Of a stretch of 48,223 bases of DNA, positions 36,026 to 44,809 are shown piece by piece. Numbering within the stretch: position 1 is the stretch's first letter; every line of letters starts with the position of its first letter. Below the pieces are notes generated by a model that searched no databases, was not told the origin of the DNA, and saw only the letters and a program-made list of their open reading frames with translations. The position numbers and the translations under genes are program-made. The stretch lies in IMG/VR virus record IMGVR_UViG_3300043185_000111, positions 1 to 48,223 of that record; one strand, written 5' to 3'. The DNA comes from a virus. Lineage: Duplodnaviria > Caudoviricetes.

Positions 36026-37885
36026 ATGGATGACGCTGACCAACTCGGCACCGATGCTCTCGCAGAAGTGCATGCGTTGTTTGACGCGTGGACGAACCAA
36101 GTAGCCGGTCTCGGCACCGCCGCGGACGATCGCGCTGTTGGAACGTTTCTGTGCCCGCGCGGATTCCTCAGCCAATACACGCTGGAGGAGTTCTATAAAC
36201 AGAACCCTATTGCTAAGCGGATCGTGAACCGTCCGGCTGACGACGCGACGCGCACGACGTTCCAGGTCAAGGACATCGATGTCGATGTCGACATGGGACG
36301 TGTCATGTCGAAGTTCGAGGAACTCAAGCTAATGTCTTGGCTGAACCTCGGGCTCAAGTGGAAACGTTTGTATGGCGGCGCCCTGGGAATCTTCGTGACG
36401 AACGATCGCGCGGGTGGTTTGGATAAACCACTCGATGAGCGCGCGTTCACTAAGATCCGTGCGCTGCACGTCGTCGATCGGTTCCACGCTACCCCACGTG
36501 GCACGAGGTTCCAGCTCAATAAAACAGGATTCCTTATCCCGGAGCAATACGAGGTGCGTCTGCCGACTGGGAAGATTCAGATCGTGCACAAGACGCGCAC
36601 CGTCCGATTCGACGGCATCCCATTGCCCCCGGATCAGTTGATCCAAAATCAATACTGGGGGTTGTCCGAGCTGGAAGCTCCTTACGATGACGTGCGCAGG
36701 TTGTACGTGACGCGTCAATATCTAGAGAACTTCGTACACGAGGCGTCGATCGCAGTGCTCAAGATCGAAGGCCTGCGGAAGATGCTCGCCACCAAACGCC
36801 CCGATGGGGGGGATCCGAAGAAAGCCGTCACGGAAGCCCTTCAAAACCTTCGTCGCCAGGCCACGAACTTTCATTGGATCGGGCTTGACTCGAACGATAG
36901 CTATGAAATGCATTCCAAACCGTCTACGGGATTGGAAGCGGTGGACAAATCGTTCGTCGACGCGGTAGTGATGTCGAGCGATATTCCGCGATCGATCTTG
37001 CTAGGCGAGACCCCGGGCGGGTTGAACACTGGTGAGAACGCCGGCGAGATCCGCAGCTATTACGACTGGATCTCCGTGATGCAAAATCAAGAGCTGACGC
37101 CGATCGTTACGCGCGCGCTCGACCTCATGTTCTGGTCCATGCACAACAGCGCTGTCGTGGCGAATATGTTGATGGAGAACGTGCCCAACTATCCGGTTCC
37201 TCGGAAGTATACGGTTAAATGGGACTCTCTCTGGCAACAAGACGACTCCGAGATCGTTGCGCAAGCGCAGGCGGAGGCGCAGCTTGACAAAATCTATGTC
37301 GATATGGGCGTGGTCACCGTCGACGAAGTCCGCCAAGCGCGTATCGTCGAGGGCATGCGCGGACCGTTGCAGATCGCGGAGGAACCCGGGGCGCCCTCGC
37401 AGAACGGCGCGGCCGTGACTGTCGTGCAAGTGATCGCAGACATCGTCGAGAAGGTGGCTACGGGATTGATCCCCGCGGCGTCCGCGGTCGAACTGATCTT
37501 GCTCGCGCAACCATCGATGACGCGTGAGCAAGCGGAGGCGATCGTCGCACCGGCGAGCATCGCGGGCGAAGTCGCCCGCGAGATCGCGAGCAGCATCGAC
37601 CCGACGATGGAAGGGGAGGCGACGCCGGAGGCAGTGCCATCTCCCGTCGATGACATGCCTACGGATCTGAAGAGCGCGCGCGAGATCGGCACGCTGCTCG
37701 GCGTCAGCCCTGCGACGATTCGAGGAATGGGCCGGCGCGGGGAGATCCGTTACTGGAAGGTAGGCGCGCAGCTCCGCTACTCGTTGAGCGAGGCGATCGA
37801 GGCGAGCGATCCGGGGGGCGCGCTCCAGGTGGCTCCAAGGGTGCCGCCGCCGGATCCCATCAGCCCCGTGCCGGAGCTAAGATGA
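36026..37885 (+). CDS. Portal protein (DUF1073-like) with C-terminal HTH_17-type domain
   Basis: W.N...GLG, Y....IA.RIV..PA.DA.R, RLYGG, YWG.S.L, IP...L.G.TP.GLN.GE...YYD. Confidence 0.88.
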   Translation: MDDADQLGTDALAEVHALFDAWTNQVAGLGTAADDRAVGTFLCPRGFLSQYTLEEFYKQNPIAKRIVNRPADDATRTTFQVKDIDVDVDMGRVMSKFEELKLMSWLNLGLKWKRLYGGALGIFVTNDRAGGLDKPLDERAFTKIRALHVVDRFHATPRGTRFQLNKTGFLIPEQYEVRLPTGKIQIVHKTRTVRFDGIPLPPDQLIQNQYWGLSELEAPYDDVRRLYVTRQYLENFVHEASIAVLKIEGLRKMLATKRPDGGDPKKAVTEALQNLRRQATNFHWIGLDSNDSYEMHSKPSTGLEAVDKSFVDAVVMSSDIPRSILLGETPGGLNTGENAGEIRSYYDWISVMQNQELTPIVTRALDLMFWSMHNSAVVANMLMENVPNYPVPRKYTVKWDSLWQQDDSEIVAQAQAEAQLDKIYVDMGVVTVDEVRQARIVEGMRGPLQIAEEPGAPSQNGAAVTVVQVIADIVEKVATGLIPAASAVELILLAQPSMTREQAEAIVAPASIAGEVAREIASSIDPTMEGEATPEAVPSPVDDMPTDLKSAREIGTLLGVSPATIRGMGRRGEIRYWKVGAQLRYSLSEAIEASDPGGALQVAPRVPPPDPISPVPELR

Positions 37886-37889
37886 CACC

Positions 37890-38756
37890 ATGGCGAACCC
37901 GCTCGACGTGATCCATCGCCGGGCCGCGAAACGTGTGCGCAAGTTCTCGGCGCGATCCGCCGCCGCGATGCAATCGGAGGTCGGCACGACGATATCTAGG
38001 ATCCTGCGGATCGCGGCCACCGATGGGCGCGCAGCAGGGTTGCGCGCGCTCAGGCGGGCGACCGAGGCTGCCCGCCATCGATACGAAGGTTCGGTCGGGT
38101 CCGCCGCGATCTCTCGTGCGGTCGTCGCGGTTCGCGACGACGTCGTCACCCTGGCGAGAAGGCGACTCGTGCATGCCGTGGCGGCGTCGCCCGGGGGCGA
38201 GGCCGCAAAGGCGAACTTGATCGCCGCCGTTCGTGGAGCGCGTCTAGGCCGTGCAGGCGCGGCATGGGAGAGGGAGCTGGCGGCGACCGTGCGGCGATGG
38301 GGGGCGGTTGACGCGTCCGCTCTATACGGCCGACTAGCGGGGCTCGTTCACCGCGCAGCGGACGTCGGCCCGGGGGCGTCTCGACGGGACCTGGCCAGGC
38401 TAGCGCAGCGTGGTCGAGATCTAGTAACCGTGCAGGCGCAGATCTCGTCACGACGTGCGATAAATACCGCGGTGGATCGCGCAGGTTCATTGCGCGCCGT
38501 GGCGACGCGTGCCCAGGCGCGTACGATAAACGTAGACTTCTATTGGTGGCGTACGATGGGAGACGATAACGTGCGCGATGAACATGAAGCGCGCGCTAAC
38601 TTGTTGTTCAGTTTCGCGGATTCCCCCCAACCCGGGGAGGAACCAAACTGCCGATGTTCGGCGGATTTGGCGCTCGACGAAGTGCTGGAAGATCAACCGG
38701 AGCAACCCGTTGACGTTGCGGATTGGAGGTCGCGCGAATGGACAATGACGACGTGA
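37890..38756 (+). CDS. MuF/SPP1 gp7-like minor head protein
   Basis: Y.W.T.GD..VR..H ... PGE..NCRC. Confidence 0.85.
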   Translation: MANPLDVIHRRAAKRVRKFSARSAAAMQSEVGTTISRILRIAATDGRAAGLRALRRATEAARHRYEGSVGSAAISRAVVAVRDDVVTLARRRLVHAVAASPGGEAAKANLIAAVRGARLGRAGAAWERELAATVRRWGAVDASALYGRLAGLVHRAADVGPGASRRDLARLAQRGRDLVTVQAQISSRRAINTAVDRAGSLRAVATRAQARTINVDFYWWRTMGDDNVRDEHEARANLLFSFADSPQPGEEPNCRCSADLALDEVLEDQPEQPVDVADWRSREWTMTT

Positions 38757-39001
38757 TGCCCGATCTCCAACTTCACGCGACCTCTATGGATGCGAGGACG
38801 ACGTCGGTTATGCGAAGGATTCAACTCCTTGAAGATCTAGCACGTCAAGAGGATGCGTTGGCGCGGCATCTTGCGGCACTCGGTCAACGAGCGTATCAAG
38901 CGATTCGCGCGTGCCGAATGGTCGAGGGCGCCGCCATTGAACATGCGAACTCGTTGCGACGCACGATCACAGGCAGCACTTCTCATGGATCACGACCGTG
39001 A
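38738..39001 (+). CDS. Hypothetical protein
   Basis: GGAGGT SD, helical. Confidence 0.6.
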   Translation: MDNDDVMPDLQLHATSMDARTTSVMRRIQLLEDLARQEDALARHLAALGQRAYQAIRACRMVEGAAIEHANSLRRTITGSTSHGSRP

Positions 39002-39215
39002 ACGTGTCGAGACCGCCGTCATCGAGCATTTGCAAGAGATCGCGCATGCAAAGCGCGCGATCCTGCAAATCGCTCGCAAGATCGTTTACGATTACGAGGC
39101 GGATGCCGACACACTACTCCGCGTCGTTGTCGTGCTCACACGTAGCGCGGATCGTTTGTTGGGAGACACCATGCCAAGCGAGGTGAACCGTGAGCGTCGA
39201 GGAACAAATAGATAG
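38985..39215 (+). CDS. Hypothetical protein
   Basis: Overlapping tiling with neighbours. Confidence 0.5.
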   Translation: MDHDRERVETAVIEHLQEIAHAKRAILQIARKIVYDYEADADTLLRVVVVLTRSADRLLGDTMPSEVNRERRGTNR

Positions 39216-39798
39216 GCTCACCAGCCAGTTCTCTGCGGAGATCTCGCAACTCCAGAAACTCCAAGAGGCGGCGGAGGCCGCCCGGGACAAACGCAACCGG
39301 GAAACCCAGGACCAGTTGGCTACGATCTTGATGGCAGACGCCGCGGAGAAGACGAAACGCGGAAAGCTCTGGACGCAGATTTTGACGACCGTCGCTGGCT
39401 TGATCGTGACGTTCGCCACGTTTGTGACGTATAAGCTCGCCACGTATTCCCCGGCGGAGCAACAAGTGAAAGACGCGGTCGACAAAGTCGAGGCGTCCTC
39501 GACCGCCGTGATAGATGTGCGCGGGCGGATTGATGCAGTCGAGTCCCGTCTTGACAAGGGTGACCAGATCCATGAGCGGATCGTGGACATCCAACTCCGT
39601 CAGCAGGTTCAGATGACCGACACGACCGATTACCTGAGCGACAAGATCGACAAGATCAACCCGCGCGCGCGGACCGTCGCGGAACCTCCGTCCGTGACGG
39701 CTGGCCGCAAGATCGCGGACGACATCAAAAAGAAAACCCACAAACCGCAATACGACCCGGCGGATCCGCTCGCGGATCTGGCCGCAGCAAAGGAGTGA
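39190..39798 (+). CDS. Single-TM coiled-coil membrane protein (lysis region)
   Basis: GAGGTG SD; TM segment LWTQILTTVAGLIVTFATFVTY. Confidence 0.7.
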   Translation: MSVEEQIDRLTSQFSAEISQLQKLQEAAEAARDKRNRETQDQLATILMADAAEKTKRGKLWTQILTTVAGLIVTFATFVTYKLATYSPAEQQVKDAVDKVEASSTAVIDVRGRIDAVESRLDKGDQIHERIVDIQLRQQVQMTDTTDYLSDKIDKINPRARTVAEPPSVTAGRKIADDIKKKTHKPQYDPADPLADLAAAKE

Positions 39799-39804
39799 TG
39801 GCGC

Positions 39805-40029
39805 ATGTTCGAGAAACTCAAGAGCCGAACCGAGTGGCAAGCTTTCGTCTGCACGACCGTTGTGTACATCGCGGCGATCGTCGCCCACGTGTTCTTCGAC
39901 GTCGAGCTGGACGACACCACGATGAACTTGATATGGGGGCAGACGGCCGGAATGATCGGGTACGCAGGAAGTCGAGGTCTCTCGAAGATCGGCAGCAAGG
40001 TCCAAGAACCGTCGCCGCCGACAAACTGA
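39805..40029 (+). CDS. Holin (2 TM)
   Basis: KLKSRTEW...two hydrophobic segments...Y..SRGL.K. Confidence 0.65.
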   Translation: MFEKLKSRTEWQAFVCTTVVYIAAIVAHVFFDVELDDTTMNLIWGQTAGMIGYAGSRGLSKIGSKVQEPSPPTN

Positions 40030-40035
40030 GCACGT

Positions 40036-40503
40036 TCACGTTGCCAGCTCTTTGAGCCGATACGTTTCCGCGATCCATAGCGCATCGGCTTCGTCGTTAC
40101 GAACCTTCGCCAGCCGCCAACGTTTCTTGGCGGCTTCTCGCATGTTGGCCTTCGTGGCCTTGCCGGATCCGGTTGCGATTTTTTTAACGGTCATGATGGG
40201 TACGATCGCCAGGTCGACGAGGTTGCGCGCCGCAACCTCGTCGATCATCGCGACGACTCCGAACATGGAGCGTGCGGCATCGAACGATCGGAAAAATCCC
40301 ATGCGTTCGTAAACGATCACCCGCGGGCGATGTTGAATAACGAGACGCGAAAACAACTCGCGCGCGACTTGAAAACGCAATCCATAGCGAGTCTCTGGTT
40401 CTTGGAGATGCGCCACGCCCGATTCGACGATGCGTTCGCCGGCGAGCACGGCGAACCCGCAGCGCACGCCGACATCGATCCCTAGGATCCGATCCGGGAT
40501 CAC
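40036..40503 (-). CDS. ruvC: RuvC-like Holliday junction resolvase
   Basis: ILGIDVG...GFA, VYE, VKK.ATG.GKA.K, DEADAL.IA. Confidence 0.88.
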   Translation of the reverse strand: MIPDRILGIDVGVRCGFAVLAGERIVESGVAHLQEPETRYGLRFQVARELFSRLVIQHRPRVIVYERMGFFRSFDAARSMFGVVAMIDEVAARNLVDLAIVPIMTVKKIATGSGKATKANMREAAKKRWRLAKVRNDEADALWIAETYRLKELAT

Positions 40504-40868
40504 GGGAGGGGAACGCCGAGGAAAGCGCCGACGACGCGGCCGATCGTGCGCGCGGTGGCCTTGCCGAGCTGTTCCAGCGCGAGAAGCATGCGATGGCGCC
40601 GGGCCGCCGCGGCCCGGAGACGTTTTGTCGTGCCGTCACGGTATGCCACCCACACGGCCCAGTCGTCCGGGTCACTAGGGTCGAGGCGCGAAAGGATCGC
40701 CATCTGGGCGCGTTTGGTGTTCCCGGCGCGCAGCGCGTTCGCTATCTCGCGCATCTCGTCCTCGCCGGCCCCGACGATCGCCCGTTCGTTCGCGCGCCAC
40801 CACTTCCATGCCGTGCCGCGAAGGTCTCCGCCTACGGCGCGCCAATCTGGTTTCTGGAAAGTTCTCAC
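40500..40868 (-). CDS. Hypothetical protein
   Basis: GTGA overlaps at both ends. Confidence 0.6.
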   Translation of the reverse strand: MRTFQKPDWRAVGGDLRGTAWKWWRANERAIVGAGEDEMREIANALRAGNTKRAQMAILSRLDPSDPDDWAVWVAYRDGTTKRLRAAAARRHRMLLALEQLGKATARTIGRVVGAFLGVPLP

Positions 40869-41101
40869 CGCCCGTCGCACGCCTTCCCGCGCATGATTGC
40901 GTCGATACACGCGGCCTGTGCCGACATCGCGTCAAGGTCCGCTTGTAGTTTTGAACTGCACGGAGCGTCCGTATACCCGCCCGCAGTCTCGCGGCAACGG
41001 TCTGCGACGATCTGAGTTTGAGCAGCGTGTTCGGAGGCGATCGGCCCCGTGGTGCGCACGACGCAGCTCGTCAACGACACGATCGAAAGCACGATTTTCA
41101 T
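40865..41101 (-). CDS. Small putative lipoprotein
   Basis: MKIVLSIVSLTS-C signal/lipobox-like start; four more Cys. Confidence 0.55.
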   Translation of the reverse strand: MKIVLSIVSLTSCVVRTTGPIASEHAAQTQIVADRCRETAGGYTDAPCSSKLQADLDAMSAQAACIDAIMRGKACDGR

Positions 41102-41111
41102 GAGTAGAAGC

Positions 41112-41942
41112 TTACCCGATCGCGGGCACTTTGCGGCTATACGGTACGCCTGGCTGTCCCCCCCACGCTTCAGGCGTGAGCGTTCCCGATCCGAGCTTGG
41201 TGATCGGGGCCAATCCGAGTTCGGAGCATTGTGCTGAAACGTGGCGCGCGATCCTCGAACCCGGGTCGGAGACCCGCGATGAGTGCGTGTTGCGGTGGAA
41301 CGCGTAACTCGTGAGCGGATGACCTTCGAGCGTTGCGATGCGCATCCAATATCGCGTGACGATCATGGCGGCAGCGAGTTGCCGATCGGTCGGCTCACTC
41401 ACCAACTCGTCGTATGTTCGCGGAGGATGCTGCTTCCCGCGAGAGTCCGTGAATCCCTGCATCTCTCGGGGGCTACGCCAGAACGTGCGAGCGTCGCCCT
41501 CGATGCCCGCTGCACGACACGCGATCTCTAGCCCGATGAATCTGCGGTTACCCGCGTGTGCGTGATAAAGGTACGCGGTGGGGGGGTGGGCGATGCCGAC
41601 CGCCATCGGGGTGACGAGCGCATGTGCGGGGATCCCGACGCATCGAGCGGCGTCGTCGATCGGCGCCGCCGTCTGGTGGTACAGGATCCCGTCGATCTGG
41701 CTCCACGGCCGGGACCCTCGATGACTTCCGCGCGGAGTTTTCACCGCGAGGCGAAAATCCCGCAGACCCATGCCGATCCCGCTCAGCGAGGTGGACAGCT
41801 CGGACCACGGGTCCCCTGCGGGCTCCCGCGCCTCGTCATGGGTTTCCTCGGCGGCGGCGGGGGTCAGGGCCCTGACGACGTCCAGGGCCCACTCCAACGG
41901 TCCTACGCGGCCGGCTACGAGGTCTGCGACGGAGGGGCGCAC
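41112..41942 (-). CDS. Endolysin, N-acetylmuramoyl-L-alanine amidase
   Basis: IDGILYHQTA, AH, HAH.GN...IGLEI, FHR......DPG Zn-amidase motifs. Confidence 0.82.
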   Translation of the reverse strand: MRPSVADLVAGRVGPLEWALDVVRALTPAAAEETHDEAREPAGDPWSELSTSLSGIGMGLRDFRLAVKTPRGSHRGSRPWSQIDGILYHQTAAPIDDAARCVGIPAHALVTPMAVGIAHPPTAYLYHAHAGNRRFIGLEIACRAAGIEGDARTFWRSPREMQGFTDSRGKQHPPRTYDELVSEPTDRQLAAAMIVTRYWMRIATLEGHPLTSYAFHRNTHSSRVSDPGSRIARHVSAQCSELGLAPITKLGSGTLTPEAWGGQPGVPYSRKVPAIG

Positions 41943-42033
41943 GGGGGGAGTTTAGCACGCTCGTTAGCGCGCGATTCGCGCTTTGTAAAAATGTACATTT
42001 TGGGCTTGCTTTCTGAAAAAGCGGGTGTATACT
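41943..42033. promoter_or_regulatory. Divergent promoters with central 14-bp palindrome
   Basis: Minus TGcTAAACT 6 nt before GTG; plus CTTGCT-N17-TATACT; AAAATGTACATTTT at 41988-42001. Confidence 0.7.
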
Positions 42034-42091
42034 CTCCACGGAATCTCTTTTTCGATCGAACCAAAAACAACCAAAAACCCGGGAAAAGACC

Positions 42092-42259
42092 ATGTACGAA
42101 CGCCTCCATCTTCACCTCCGCGATGACGCTCGGGAGCTTCGCTCCTTGTTCGCCGACGCCGGTTACGTCGACTTGCGCGATGGCTTCGATTGCCGACGGC
42201 ATCTGCTGATCCTCGACGACGACGACGCTTACGACCCCGACTTCGAGGACTGTCGATGA
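42092..42259 (+). CDS. Small acidic protein (55 aa), not in ORF track
   Basis: MYERLHLHLRDDARELRSLFADAGYVDLRDGFDCRRHLLILDDDDAYDPDFEDCR; ATGA overlap with AAA gene. Confidence 0.65.
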   Translation: MYERLHLHLRDDARELRSLFADAGYVDLRDGFDCRRHLLILDDDDAYDPDFEDCR

Positions 42260-43437
42260 ACACCGCGATCCTCCAAGCGGTATGGTTCACCCCCGCCGGA
42301 CGACGCGCGAACGGCGAGTGGGTCTGGGGCTTGCCTATCATATATTGGGGCAAGCCCGGAATCGGGAAATCTTCGATCGTAGGCCAAGTCGCGCGCATCT
42401 GCGGCCTGTCCGCGTTCGTCGTGATCGCGTCAATCCGCGAACCCGCCGATTTCCTCGGCCTGCCGATGCCCGTCGGCGGCAAGCTGTCCTACCTGCCGCC
42501 CGCGTGGGCCCGCGACGCCGCGGAGTGCGACATGGCCGTCGTTCTGCTCGACGAGGTCACGACGTGCTCGCCTGCGACGCAGGCCGCGTTGCTTCGCGTC
42601 GTGCTCGATCGCGTCGTGGGCGACCTTCAGCTACCCGGAGGAGTTCGGGTCGTATGCGCGGCCAACCCGCGCGATGTAGCGATCGGCGGTAGGGACCTCG
42701 GTGCGCCGCTGGCGAACCGACTGTTGCACGACGATCTGGATGGGCCGAGCCCCGATGCCTGGCGCGCGTACATGATCGGCGGCGGGGGAGACACCGCTGC
42801 CGAACAAAATCTCGACCCGGTCGCGGAGCAGGATCGCGTCCTCGCGCGATGGCGAGAGGATTATGCGTGGGCGCGCGGGCTATGGAGCGCCTTCGTTCGG
42901 CAGCATCCACAGGCGCTCAACGGGATGCCGAAACCAGGCGACCCGCAAGCATCGCGCGCCTGGGGATCGCCCAGATCGCTAGAGATGGCGGCGCGGGTCA
43001 CCGCGAGCGCGCGCACACATGGCCTCGACGACATCGACGCGGACCAGATGCTGACCATGGCGGTCGGCCCCCTGATCGCGGGACAGTTCGCGTTGTTCCG
43101 CCACGATACCTCGATGCCCGATCTACCGGATTGGCTCGACGGTAAGGTGACGTGGGAGCCCGATCCCACGCGGCCCGATCGAACTTATGCCGTGTTTGAT
43201 GGGGCGGCCGCGTTGATCCAACCGCGCGCCTCGACTCCTGCGGAGGAGCAGGTCCGTGCACGACGCGCGGCGGCTCTCTGGGCACACATGCGCCCGCTCG
43301 TCGACACGACGCCAGACATCGCGGTAACGGCGGGCATCACGCTCACAAGGGCCGGGTTCGCGTCCGGTCCAGAAGCGACCGCGGTCATGGCCGCGTTGCT
43401 GCCGATCGTCAAGGCGGCGGGCATGTTGAAGGTTTGA
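42256..43437 (+). CDS. MoxR/dynein-related AAA+ ATPase
   Basis: WGKPGIGKS, VLLDE, CAANP, LANR, SPRS. Confidence 0.9.
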   Translation: MNTAILQAVWFTPAGRRANGEWVWGLPIIYWGKPGIGKSSIVGQVARICGLSAFVVIASIREPADFLGLPMPVGGKLSYLPPAWARDAAECDMAVVLLDEVTTCSPATQAALLRVVLDRVVGDLQLPGGVRVVCAANPRDVAIGGRDLGAPLANRLLHDDLDGPSPDAWRAYMIGGGGDTAAEQNLDPVAEQDRVLARWREDYAWARGLWSAFVRQHPQALNGMPKPGDPQASRAWGSPRSLEMAARVTASARTHGLDDIDADQMLTMAVGPLIAGQFALFRHDTSMPDLPDWLDGKVTWEPDPTRPDRTYAVFDGAAALIQPRASTPAEEQVRARRAAALWAHMRPLVDTTPDIAVTAGITLTRAGFASGPEATAVMAALLPIVKAAGMLKV

Positions 43438-43440
43438 AGG

Positions 43441-44724
43441 ATGCCGCTGAACGCCGAGCAGATCCTGGCCGTCGCACGTTTGCGCGCGATCAAGTTGCTG
43501 CCCGATTTCTCCGAGGCCGTGTACGGACTCGTGTTCGTGCCCAAACCAGGGCTCGGGACGATGGGAGTTTCCGCGCGCGGAGTGTGTATGTACGACCCTG
43601 AAACGATCATGGATTGGGGCACCGAGCACACCGCCGGCGTGATCCTGCACGAGATCGGCCACGTCTTGCGCCGACACCACAAACGCGCGAAAGCGCTCAA
43701 CGTAGCCCCGACCCCGGAGAACCTGCGCGCGGTCAACGTTTGCGAAGATGCGGAGATCGATGACGACTTGATCCCCGCTAAGATCCCCCATCCATCGTCG
43801 CACCCGTTGATCGATCCGACCACCCTCCCGCACAAAAACGCGGCTAGGGGCGAGGCGCATGCAACGGGTGCCCTTTTTGAGACGTACTGGGCGAACCTGC
43901 CGCGCGACGAAAACGACACCCCCGACGCCGGGAGCATTGCCAAACCAGCGTGTGGCGGTTGCGCTGGCAACCCGCTCCCCGGCGAGGCCCCTGACGGCGC
44001 GGTCGATGGCAAGGGGCGGTCGGATGTCGAGATGGAGAGGATCCGTCGTAAGGTAGCCTCCAATATTCAACATCGCGCGCAGATCGCTGCGGGCAGCGTG
44101 TCGGCTAGTTGGGTCGTGTGGGCAAATGAGACGTTGGCGCCGCCGACGATACCTTGGCAAGACAAGTTCGCGGCGCTGGTCGGAAGCGCGTGCAACATCG
44201 TCGCCGGGAACGTCGATCATCGGTACGATCGGCCGTCCCGTCGGCAATGGGGAATCGGGTTCGGCGAAGGGTTCCCGATTTTTCCACGCATGGTCTCGCC
44301 GATTCCGCGGATCACCGTGGCGATCGACACGAGCGGTTCGATGTTTACCGGAGGCGCGCTACAGGCCGCGGTGAGCGAAGTCCAGGGGATCCTCGACACG
44401 TTGGGCGCGCCAGTGAAGTTGATCGCGTGTGATTGCGTCGTGCACACGCAGGTCGAGATCGAGACAATCAAGGACGTCGTCGCGGCGCTGTCGGGTGGCG
44501 GCGGCACGAGCTTCGTGCCTGTGTTCGACGCGATCGCTGCCTCCAACGATCCGCCGGATATTCTCGTGTTCGTCACCGACGGGTGCGGGGCCGCTCCGGT
44601 GCATGCGCCGGATTACCCCGTGATATGGGTCGAGGTGGGTACGCATGCGCAACTGCCCATGACGGAGGCCGGGCATCCGATCTCGTGGGGGGAGCACGTC
44701 ACCGTGCCCCCGCAAAAAATCTAA
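43441..44724 (+). CDS. Metallopeptidase-VWA protein (DUF2201-like)
   Basis: HEIGH HExxH, CGGCAG, IDTSGSM MIDAS, GGGGTSF, TDG. Confidence 0.88.
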   Translation: MPLNAEQILAVARLRAIKLLPDFSEAVYGLVFVPKPGLGTMGVSARGVCMYDPETIMDWGTEHTAGVILHEIGHVLRRHHKRAKALNVAPTPENLRAVNVCEDAEIDDDLIPAKIPHPSSHPLIDPTTLPHKNAARGEAHATGALFETYWANLPRDENDTPDAGSIAKPACGGCAGNPLPGEAPDGAVDGKGRSDVEMERIRRKVASNIQHRAQIAAGSVSASWVVWANETLAPPTIPWQDKFAALVGSACNIVAGNVDHRYDRPSRRQWGIGFGEGFPIFPRMVSPIPRITVAIDTSGSMFTGGALQAAVSEVQGILDTLGAPVKLIACDCVVHTQVEIETIKDVVAALSGGGGTSFVPVFDAIAASNDPPDILVFVTDGCGAAPVHAPDYPVIWVEVGTHAQLPMTEAGHPISWGEHVTVPPQKI

Positions 44725-44728
44725 ACCC

Positions 44729-44762
44729 GGGGCTTTACATTTTCTATAAACTAGTGTAAGAT
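44729..44762 (+). promoter_or_regulatory. Promoter TTTACA-N17-TAAGAT
   Basis: AT-rich island; GGGC.. and GTGTA..T context as at 107-135 and 42005-42033. Confidence 0.72.
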
Positions 44763-44809
44763 CCTCGAAACGCCCTCGCGGGCACCAAACGAAAAAGAAA
44801 GCAAAACAC

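Noticed and set aside
36026-37340. Possible automated 'anti-CBASS Acb1' label for the DUF1073 protein
   Set aside because: Motifs and MuF adjacency indicate a portal; no paired HxT/S phosphoesterase domain was recognised.
37890-38756. MuF polymorphic toxin
   Set aside because: Only ~30 residues follow NCRC, so there is no toxin extension.
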